This document shows positions 44,002 to 50,875 of a stretch of 64,000 nt of DNA, one piece after another. How positions within the stretch are numbered: the stretch's first letter is position 1; each line of letters opens with the position of its first letter. Below the pieces are notes generated by a model that had not been told where the DNA came from, searched no databases, and saw only the letters and a list, made by a program, of their open reading frames with translations. A program made the position numbers and the translations under genes. Origin of the DNA: Anaerolineae bacterium (lineage in GTDB: Bacteria; Chloroflexota; Anaerolineae; Aggregatilineales; UBA3940); NCBI GenBank assembly GCA_034435035.1, contig DAOTXW010000060.1:1586-65585 (forward strand), in the 5' to 3' direction.

Positions 44002-45898
44002 GCGGCGTCTCGCCCTCCAGCCGGGCGGCCAGGATCTCCGCCACGTCCATGACGCGCACCCGGTCGCCCAGCCCGCGCGAGCGGATCGCGTCGTCCATCA
44101 TCAGCAGGCAGTACGGGCAGGCCGTGGCGACCACGTTCGCCCCGGTCTGCAATGCCTCGTCCAGCCGTCGGTGGTTGATGCGGGTCTCGGCGTCGGTCTC
44201 CATCCACATGCCGCCGCCGCCCCCGCCGCAGCAGAAGGTGTCGGCGCCGCGGCGATCCATCTCCACGCGGCTCACACCGGCTGCATCAAGCAGCTGGCGG
44301 GGCGCCCCGGTGATCCCGTTGTAGCGGGCCAGGTAGCATGAGTCGTGGAAGGTGACGATCTCGCCTGGCTGCCCGTTGGAGGCCCGCGGCGCGGCTCCGG
44401 GCAGGCCGGCCAGCAGCTCGCTGGCGTGCTGCACGCGGAACTCCCCGCCGAACTGCGGGTATTCGTTCTGGAGCGTGTTGTAGCAGTGCGGGCAGGCCGT
44501 CACGATGCGCTCGAAGCGGTATTCCTTGAGCGTCTCGATGTTCTGCTCGGCCAGCACCTGATAGTTGTATTCGTAGCCCAGCCGGCGGGCCGTCTCGCCG
44601 CAGCATACTTCCGCGTCGCCCAGCACGGCGAAGTCCACGCCGGCGGCCTTCAGCAGCCTCACCAGCGCGCGCCCGGCCTGCCGGTTGCGTTCGTCGAAGG
44701 CCATCGCGCAGCCGGTGAACAGCAGCACGTCAGTATGCTCGCCCGGCTCCAGCACGCGCACGTCCAGCCCGTCGGCCCAGGCCATGCGGTCGCCGGCGGG
44801 GATGCCCCACGGGTTGCCCTGCCGCTCGACGTTGCGCATCGTCTGGGCGATGGGCCGCGGCGCGGCGCCGGCGCTCAGCGCCTGGAAGCGCCGCAGATCG
44901 ACCACCGCGGCGGGCGGGTTGGTGAAGGCCGGGCACACCTTGAGGCAGGCCCCGCAGGTGGTGCAGTACCAGGGCAGCTCGGCGCCCAGCGCCTCGATCA
45001 GGGCGGGATCTTCGCGGTGGCCGTTGGTCTCCACCAGCGAGCCGACCATCACCCCGCGCAGGCTCTGGATCAGCGCCCGCGGCGAGTAGGGCATCCCGCT
45101 GATCGTCGCCGGGCACACGTCCTCGCAGCGCCCGCAGCGCACGCAGGCGTCAAAGGACAGCAGCTGCCAGGGTGTGAACTCGGCCACCTGGCCCACGCCC
45201 AGCGTCTCGGCCTCCTCGATGTTCTCGATGGGCGGCAGGGCGCTGTCCTTGCGGCGCGGCCGGGTGATGATGCTCAGCGGGGTGTTGATCAGGTGGCGCA
45301 GCTTGGTGAAGGGGATGCTCGCCACCAGCGCCAGCCCGGCCAGCATGTGCATCCAGTACAGGACGCTGTGCGCAGCCTGAGCGGTCTCCAGCGGCATCCC
45401 CCGCAGGGTGCTGGCGACCCAGCGGCCCACCGGCGACCAGGCGGCCCAGGGCGGATCTGTCGTGTAGAGGCGCAGGCCCTCGGTGGTGAAGCCCAGCAGG
45501 GGCACCAGGAACAGGAGGATCAGCGCATACCAGTCATCCCAGCGCGTCTCCAGCGACTTCGGGCGCAGGACCAGCCGCCGGAAGGCTGCCATCAGCACGC
45601 CGGCGCAGATCGCCAGCCCGGCCAGGTCCATCCCCAGCTCGAAGGCCAGGTACAGCCCGCCGCGCGGGAAGCCCAGCTCGATGAAGGGCACGAACAGCTG
45701 CATCTGCATCAGGATGATGATCGTGCCGAGGATCTGGATAGTCATGCCCCAGAAGATCAGCCCGTGCATGACGCCGGGGTAGATCTTCGCCCAGACGCGG
45801 CGCTGCAGGATGGCGTCAGCCAGGAAGTCGCGCGCGCTCAGCCCGATCTGCTGGAGGGTGACGCGCGGCGGGTGTGTGGTCACGGTCTGGGCGCTCAT
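43991..45898 (-). CDS. Membrane-bound HdrE/NarI-like (putative di-heme b) domain fused to an HdrD/DsrK-like Fe-S/CCG domain
   Basis: Five or six N-terminal TM helices with conserved His (..GVMHGLIFWG.., ..HSVLYWMHMLAGL..). CVRCGRCEDVCP and CTTCGACLKVCP. CCG motifs ..EVCCGET.. and ..TFCCGGGGGG... Confidence 0.8.
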   Translation of the reverse strand: MSAQTVTTHPPRVTLQQIGLSARDFLADAILQRRVWAKIYPGVMHGLIFWGMTIQILGTIIILMQMQLFVPFIELGFPRGGLYLAFELGMDLAGLAICAGVLMAAFRRLVLRPKSLETRWDDWYALILLFLVPLLGFTTEGLRLYTTDPPWAAWSPVGRWVASTLRGMPLETAQAAHSVLYWMHMLAGLALVASIPFTKLRHLINTPLSIITRPRRKDSALPPIENIEEAETLGVGQVAEFTPWQLLSFDACVRCGRCEDVCPATISGMPYSPRALIQSLRGVMVGSLVETNGHREDPALIEALGAELPWYCTTCGACLKVCPAFTNPPAAVVDLRRFQALSAGAAPRPIAQTMRNVERQGNPWGIPAGDRMAWADGLDVRVLEPGEHTDVLLFTGCAMAFDERNRQAGRALVRLLKAAGVDFAVLGDAEVCCGETARRLGYEYNYQVLAEQNIETLKEYRFERIVTACPHCYNTLQNEYPQFGGEFRVQHASELLAGLPGAAPRASNGQPGEIVTFHDSCYLARYNGITGAPRQLLDAAGVSRVEMDRRGADTFCCGGGGGGMWMETDAETRINHRRLDEALQTGANVVATACPYCLLMMDDAIRSRGLGDRVRVMDVAEILAARLEGETPHDA

Positions 45899-46323
45899 TC
45901 TTCCATCACTCCAATCGTGATCAGGCCGTCCTCGACGCTGACGGGCAGGGCCAGCAGCGGGGAGGGCGGCGGCCCGGAGATGACATGCCCATCGCCGGGG
46001 TCGAAGTAGCCCTCATGGCAGGGGCAGTCGATCTGCCCGGTGTCGGGGTTCCACTTGACGATGCAGCCGAAGTGCGTGCAGACCGCCGAGTAGGCTCGCA
46101 GCCCGTCCGGTGTGTGGATCACCAGCGCGGGCCAGCGCCCGTAAGGCACGGTGATGGACTGCCCGACCGGCAGCTCGTCCGGCGGGCCGACCGGCACCGG
46201 CTCGGAGGGCATTTCCTCCAGCTTCTTGGGGTAGAAATAGGCGATCATCGGGCCCAGCACAGCGACCCCGCCCAGGGCCAGCGCGGCCCGGTTCACCCAG
46301 CGCAGGAAAGTGCGGCGGTTCAT
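45895..46323 (-). CDS. Rieske [2Fe-2S] subunit of a cytochrome bc/b6f-type complex
   Basis: Tat-like N-terminus MNRRTFLRW... Rieske boxes CTHFGC and CPCHEG. Confidence 0.9.
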   Translation of the reverse strand: MNRRTFLRWVNRAALALGGVAVLGPMIAYFYPKKLEEMPSEPVPVGPPDELPVGQSITVPYGRWPALVIHTPDGLRAYSAVCTHFGCIVKWNPDTGQIDCPCHEGYFDPGDGHVISGPPPSPLLALPVSVEDGLITIGVMEE

Positions 46324-46325
46324 GG

Positions 46326-46727
46326 TTAGCTCAGCTCCCCCCAGATCGACAGCGCGATGGCGACGACCAGGAACACACCCACCCCGATCGCGCGGAGGCG
46401 CTGCGCCCGGTGCGAGTCGGGTTTACGGTCCAGGAACGGCCACAGGATCAGCGCGATCAGCCCCACGATGGGCACCATCACGCCGACCGTCTCCGGGACG
46501 AACTTCAGCAGCTGGTACAGCGCCAGGAAATACCATTCGGGCTTGACGTGCGCAGGCGTGTTCATCGGGTCGGCGGGGACGCCGGTCCCGACCGGGAAGG
46601 CCATCGCGATCGCCCCGACGACCAGCAGGATCACCGTGATGACGGCGGTGACACGCGCCTCGGTGCGGACATGATCCGGGTAAAAGGGGATGCTGTCCCC
46701 GTCGTAATGCTCAGCCTGTTCAGCCAT
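46326..46727 (-). CDS. Cytochrome bc/b6f subunit IV (C-terminal half of a split cytochrome b)
   Basis: ..NTPAHVKPEWYFLALYQLLKFVP.. (PEWY motif). Three TM helices. The ATG at 46727 is preceded by AAGGAG. The longer ORF-track start is unlikely. Confidence 0.88.
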   Translation of the reverse strand: MAEQAEHYDGDSIPFYPDHVRTEARVTAVITVILLVVGAIAMAFPVGTGVPADPMNTPAHVKPEWYFLALYQLLKFVPETVGVMVPIVGLIALILWPFLDRKPDSHRAQRLRAIGVGVFLVVAIALSIWGELS

Positions 46728-46750
46728 AGCGATGCTCCTTCGAGGCAGGT

Positions 46751-47722
46751 CTACAGCGGCCTGGCGATGCCCTGCCGCCGGATCATCAGGAAGTGCAGCC
46801 CCATCAGGGCCAGCAGGGCGATCGGCAGCACGATGACGTGGCCGGCGTAGAAACGGCTGAGGGTGGTGGCCGTGACGTTCCACCCGTCGCGCAAAAAGAC
46901 CATCACCAGCGTGCCGACATCGGGGACGCCGCCGGCGATCTCGGTGCCGACGGTGGTGGCCCAGTAAGCCCGCTGATCCCACGGCAGCAGGTAGCCGGTG
47001 AATCCGAAAGCCAGGGTGACGATCAGCAGCAGCATCCCGCCCACCCAGTTCAGTTCACGGGGGGCGCGGTAGGCGCCGGTGATGAACACGCGCATCATGT
47101 GGGCGATGCACATCACGATCATGCCGTTGGCGGCCCAGTGATGGATGCCGCGCACCGCCGCCCCGAAGCGCACCTCGTTTTCAATGTACTGGATGCTGGC
47201 GTAGGCGCTCTCCGGGGTGGGCGTGTAGTGGAAGGCCAGCATGATCCCGGTGATGGCCTGTACCACGAACAGGAAGGCGGTGATGCCGCCCAGGCAGTAG
47301 AACCAGCGCCGCGCGTAGTTCGGCACCGGCTTGCTGAGCGCCTTCTGCAGGGGGGCGACCACATCGTAGCGCTCATCGACCCAGTCCACGGCTCGCAGGG
47401 TCAGCGGGCGCCACGGCCTGCGTGTCACCCAGGCGCTGGCGCTGCGGTACATGCCGAAGGCCAGCGCCAGCCCGGCCAGCCCGAACGCCCCCCAGCGCGA
47501 GGGCGGCGTCCAGATATTGGTATCTTCGCCGGACAGGTGGCAGTGCAGGCAGGTATCCATCTCGACCGGGACCGGCCCGGCGGGGGCGGGCGCTTCCAGC
47601 GCGGCTGCGCTCACCGCGACGGTCCGCGTGGCGTGCGCCGGCAGCGGGATCACGGCGACCGTCACCAGCACAGCCAGGATGCCCAGCAGAATCAGAAACA
47701 GACGACGGGGTGGTGCAGACAT
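46751..47722 (-). CDS. Cytochrome b6-type subunit with an N-terminal membrane-anchored extension carrying a CxxCH heme-c motif
   Basis: Cytochrome b core (..FYCLGGITAFLFVVQAITGIMLAFHY.., ..RGIHHWAANGMIV.., ..GYLLPWDQRAYWAT..). The extension has a signal anchor, ..EMDTCLHCHLSGED.., and an extra TM helix. Confidence 0.88.
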   Translation of the reverse strand: MSAPPRRLFLILLGILAVLVTVAVIPLPAHATRTVAVSAAALEAPAPAGPVPVEMDTCLHCHLSGEDTNIWTPPSRWGAFGLAGLALAFGMYRSASAWVTRRPWRPLTLRAVDWVDERYDVVAPLQKALSKPVPNYARRWFYCLGGITAFLFVVQAITGIMLAFHYTPTPESAYASIQYIENEVRFGAAVRGIHHWAANGMIVMCIAHMMRVFITGAYRAPRELNWVGGMLLLIVTLAFGFTGYLLPWDQRAYWATTVGTEIAGGVPDVGTLVMVFLRDGWNVTATTLSRFYAGHVIVLPIALLALMGLHFLMIRRQGIARPL

Positions 47723-47927
47723 AGACTCATCTCCGGAGATGTGCAGCTGCACAGGGCCGGGGTCGATAGGAAAACGGCAGGCGCCCCGGCGAGGGTGTCT
47801 GTCTACAGGGTAACGGGAACAGTCCCGGCCCGTCTATCGGGCCGGGGGCTGAGATCGCGCAGGCGGGGGGCTGAAATCGCCGGGGAGCGGCTGGGTCTCC
47901 CCGTCAGGGTGATTTGGAGGGGTTCCC

Positions 47928-48005
47928 TGACCTCACCCCCGTCCTCGCCCCGCCCGGACTCCCCTGCTCCGCAAACGCGGAGCGGGGGACTGAGGGGGTG
48001 AGGTT
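47928..48005. repeat. Palindromic REP/MITE-like element, copy 1
   Basis: TGACCTCACCCCC..CTCCGCAAACGCGGAG..GGGGGTGAGGT. The outer 11-bp arms and an inner 6-bp hairpin are self-complementary. It is about 90% identical to the copy at 48761-48834. Confidence 0.8.
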
Positions 48006-48128
48006 CCCCCTGCGGCGATTCGCCTCGCCCGATACCCTGGTGCCGGGGATGGGCGGCCCGGCGGCGACTATTCCCACCCCCGCGCAAGTGGTACACTCTC
48101 TGATGCGGCAGCGCGCCGGGGCGGGTGA

Positions 48129-48415
48129 ATGACATATCAGAAGCTGGTCTTCCGTGTCCATGCCATCCAGCGCATGTTCGAGCGCAGCATCCAGGATGAG
48201 GATGTCCGTACTGTTCTGCGCCAGGGTGAGGTGATCGAGGCGTATCCGGACGATACGCCATATCCCAGCTACCTGATGCTGGGATGGGTGGGCGCCCCCT
48301 GCATGTCGTGGCCGCTGATGTGGCGCAGGACGGCCAGACGATTGTGATTACTGCCTACGAGCCGGATTCCCGGCTGTGGGAGGCGGACTTCAGGACCAGG
48401 AGGAGCCAGCCATGA
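48129..48415 (+). pseudogene. DUF4258-family toxin gene disrupted by a 1-nt frameshift near 48291-48293
   Basis: Frame 1 reads ..LVFRVHAIQRMFERSIQDEDVRTVLRQGEVIEAYPDDTPYPSYLMLGWVG, then becomes nonsense. Shifting one nucleotide restores RPLHVVAADVAQDGQTIVITAYEPDSRLWEADFRTRRSQP*, whose stop overlaps the antitoxin ATG (ATGA at 48412-48415). Confidence 0.7.
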
Positions 48416-48639
48416 AGTGCCTGATCTGCAAACACGGCGAGACAGCGTCGGGCACTGCCACTGTCACGCTGCAGCGCGGCGACCTGACGCTGGTAGTCAG
48501 GGGGGTGCCGGCGCAGATATGTGGCAACTGCCACGAAGAGTATGTGGACGAGGCCGTCGCCGCCTATCTGCTGCAGGCCGCGGAAGAAGCCGTTCGGGCC
48601 GGGGTTCAGGTAGAAGTGCGAGACTACCTGGCCGCCTGA
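48412..48639 (+). CDS. YgiT/MqsA-type zinc-finger antitoxin
   Basis: MKCLICKHGE..(x)..CGNCHEEYVDE is a CxxC..CxxC zinc ribbon. It has the usual partner position downstream of DUF4258. Confidence 0.75.
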   Translation: MKCLICKHGETASGTATVTLQRGDLTLVVRGVPAQICGNCHEEYVDEAVAAYLLQAAEEAVRAGVQVEVRDYLAA

Positions 48640-48760
48640 CTTCGCCTGCCCGGCAGATAACGTCGTGCCCGGCCCGGCAAATCCGCCGGCGTGGGATCGG
48701 TACGGGTACGCGCTCGGCAATCCAGTGCGCTGCGTCCGATCCGGGCGGCCCGGCGGCCAT

Positions 48761-48834
48761 TGACCTCACCCCCTCCTCGCTCCGCCCGGACTCCCCCTCC
48801 GCAAACCCGGAGAGGGGGACTGAGGGGGTGAGGT
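48761..48834. repeat. Palindromic REP/MITE-like element, copy 2
   Basis: TGACCTCACCCCC..CTCCGCAAACCCGGAG..GGGGGTGAGGT, in the same orientation as copy 1. Confidence 0.8.
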
Positions 48835-48871
48835 CTCCGGGCTGCCCCCCTTCTTCCCTGTTGGCTGATGG

Positions 48872-49279
48872 CTAGGGGCCGGGCACGAAGCGCAGCACGT
48901 CGCCGCCCGCGCCGGTGATCAGCAGCTGGCCGTCGCTCAGCGTGAAGGTCTGTGCGCTGCTCAGGATGCTCACATAAGCGGCCTCCTGATCCATGACGCC
49001 CGGCTCCGGGCAGGCCATCAGGGTAGTGGAGAGGTCGCTGGTGGTCAGGCGGTCGCCGCGCACCGTGTACACGCCGCCGTAGGAGTTGCAGCCGCTCGAT
49101 CCGCTGACCTGACCGTCGGCAAAGGATGCGGTGATCGGGCGGCCCGGCGTAACCGGCGAGTCGTCGATGGCGATCAGCCTCCACGAAGTCCCGGCCAGCG
49201 GGTCGCCGCCGGAGCCGCCACAGGCGGCCAGCAGGAGGCTCATGCAGGCGGCCAGCGCCGCGAGGCGAAAGGTGTTCAT
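48872..49279 (-). CDS. META-domain (HslJ-like) lipoprotein
   Basis: Lipobox LLAAC. ..LAGTSWRLIAID.. and ..SGSSGCNSYGGVYTV..L..TTLMAC.. match the META/DUF306 pattern. Confidence 0.8.
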   Translation of the reverse strand: MNTFRLAALAACMSLLLAACGGSGGDPLAGTSWRLIAIDDSPVTPGRPITASFADGQVSGSSGCNSYGGVYTVRGDRLTTSDLSTTLMACPEPGVMDQEAAYVSILSSAQTFTLSDGQLLITGAGGDVLRFVPGP

Positions 49280-49370
49280 GGGATCATCCTGTGTGGCGAT
49301 GAGTTGTCTGTAGAATCAAACGCCGCCGGAACCTGTCAGGTTCCGGCGGTGGGGAGGTGCGGGGGCGGCG

Positions 49371-50129
49371 TCAGCCGTCGGTGCGGGTCAGGCCGGTCAG
49401 GTGCTGGCGCAGGCGTTCGATGGCGGTATCCAGCAGGGCGCGGACGTTCTGGAGGTCGGTGGCGGCCTGCTCCGGATCGCGCAGGTTGAGCGTATGGAGC
49501 AGCAGGCCGGCCCCGTACATCGTTTGCAGCACGTCGTCCTGCAGCTGGGCGGCCAGCGCCTCGCGCTGCTGCAGCAGGGCGATCCGGTGCGCCTGCCGGT
49601 GGTACTGCAGCCCCTCGATCACCACGGCGGCGTGTCCGGCCAGCATCTCGACCAGGCGCTGATCGGTCTCCGAAAACTCACAGGCGTCGCGCTTATTGGC
49701 CAGATACAGATCGCCCAGAGTGCGCCCCCGGCTGTGGATGGGCACGCCCAGAAAGGAGCGCACGCCCGGATGCGCGTCCGGGTAGCCGGTGAAGGCGGGG
49801 TGCGCCTGCACATCCGCCAGCCGCAGGCTCTGCCCGCCCTCCAGCAGCAGGCCCAGCACGCCGCGCCCCAGCGGCGGGTGCCCGATCGGCAGTTTGCGTT
49901 CGGCGGGCAGGCCGGAAGTGTAGAAGTGGGCCATCGGCTGGCCCGGCTGGCCGGGGATGCCCAGGGCGCCCATCTCCGCCCCTGCGATCTCCCGGGCGGA
50001 ATCGACGATCAACTGCAGCGCCGAGTCTACGTCGTGCGCGTCGGAGACGGCGATCGCCACCCGGTACAGGTGCTCAAGCTGATCGGCCCAGCCAGTTTCG
50101 GCCATCATGCGCCCCGGGGCGGAATCCAT
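49371..50129 (-). CDS. GAF domain plus a degenerate HisKA_3-like dimerisation helix, with no ATPase domain and no phospho-acceptor His
   Basis: GAF (..GALGIPGQPGQPMAHFYTSG..RSFLGVPIHSRGRTLGDLYLANK..). The helix reads ..QREALAAQLQDDVLQTMYGAGLLL.., whereas the neighbouring kinase has ..IARELHDETSQSL... The ORF ends about 60 aa later. Confidence 0.75.
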   Translation of the reverse strand: MDSAPGRMMAETGWADQLEHLYRVAIAVSDAHDVDSALQLIVDSAREIAGAEMGALGIPGQPGQPMAHFYTSGLPAERKLPIGHPPLGRGVLGLLLEGGQSLRLADVQAHPAFTGYPDAHPGVRSFLGVPIHSRGRTLGDLYLANKRDACEFSETDQRLVEMLAGHAAVVIEGLQYHRQAHRIALLQQREALAAQLQDDVLQTMYGAGLLLHTLNLRDPEQAATDLQNVRALLDTAIERLRQHLTGLTRTDG

Positions 50130-50213
50130 AATGCCCTAATATGACAGGTAAGGTCGAAGTTTTCCAGTACAGGGTGTCATGCCCTGCGCGTGACAAAATG
50201 CGTGCCCGGCCCG

Positions 50214-50861
50214 TTATGGCGTGATGATCCCCTTCTGAATGGCGTACTTGATCAGCTCGCCGCGATCGTGCAGCGCCAGCTTCTGCATCAGATGCAGCCG
50301 GTGTGTCTTGACGGTCTTGATGCTGATGCTCAGCAGGGCGGCGATCTGGCGGTTGGTGTAGCCCTCGGCCACCAGCTGGAGCACCTCGCGCTCGCGGGCA
50401 GTCAGCTCGTCGGCGGGGGTGGGCGCTTCGTCGGCGCTGAGGCTCTCGACATAGGCATCCGCCAGCACGCGGGCCACCATCGGGGAGAAGAACGCGCCGC
50501 CGGCGGCCACGGCCCGGATGGCGGTGACCAGCTCATGGCCGGCTGCATGCTTGAGCACATAGCCGGCTGCGCCGGCGGCCAGCACCTGCTGCACATATTC
50601 CTCGTTCTGGTGCATGGTCAGGATCAGCACGCGGACGCCGGGGCAGTCGCGGGCGATCTGGCGGGTGGCCTCCAGGCCGTTCAGCAGCGGCATGGCGATG
50701 TCCATCAGCACCACATCCGGCTGCAGCGCGCGGGCCTGCTCCACCGCCAGACGGCCGTTATCGGCCTCGCCGACGACCTGCATGTCCGGCTCATCGCCCA
50801 GCAGGGCGCGGATGCCATCGCGCAGGATGGCATGGTCATCGGCCAGCAGGACGCGGATCAT
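50214..50861 (-). CDS. NarL/LuxR-family response regulator
   Basis: REC (MIRVLLADDH.., ..VVLMDIAMP.., ..LILTMH..) and a LuxR HTH (..LTAREREVLQLVAEGYTNRQIAALLSISIKTVKTHR..). An alternative GTG at 50879 overlaps the kinase stop. Confidence 0.9.
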   Translation of the reverse strand: MIRVLLADDHAILRDGIRALLGDEPDMQVVGEADNGRLAVEQARALQPDVVLMDIAMPLLNGLEATRQIARDCPGVRVLILTMHQNEEYVQQVLAAGAAGYVLKHAAGHELVTAIRAVAAGGAFFSPMVARVLADAYVESLSADEAPTPADELTAREREVLQLVAEGYTNRQIAALLSISIKTVKTHRLHLMQKLALHDRGELIKYAIQKGIITP

Positions 50862-50875
50862 CGCGGGGGGTTCCC

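Noticed and set aside
38919-47722. In-frame TGA (selenocysteine) or other recoding in the Hdr/Frh-like redox genes
   Set aside because: All eight genes are continuous ORFs with ordinary stops. No interrupted frame or SECIS-like context was seen.
48051-48757. 15-nt direct repeat GGGCGGCCCGGCGGC flanking the TA genes, as target-site duplication
   Set aside because: It is composed only of G and C in a GC-rich genome, so a chance match within about 1 kb is not negligible. It is also asymmetric relative to the palindromic elements. I mention it but do not rely on it.
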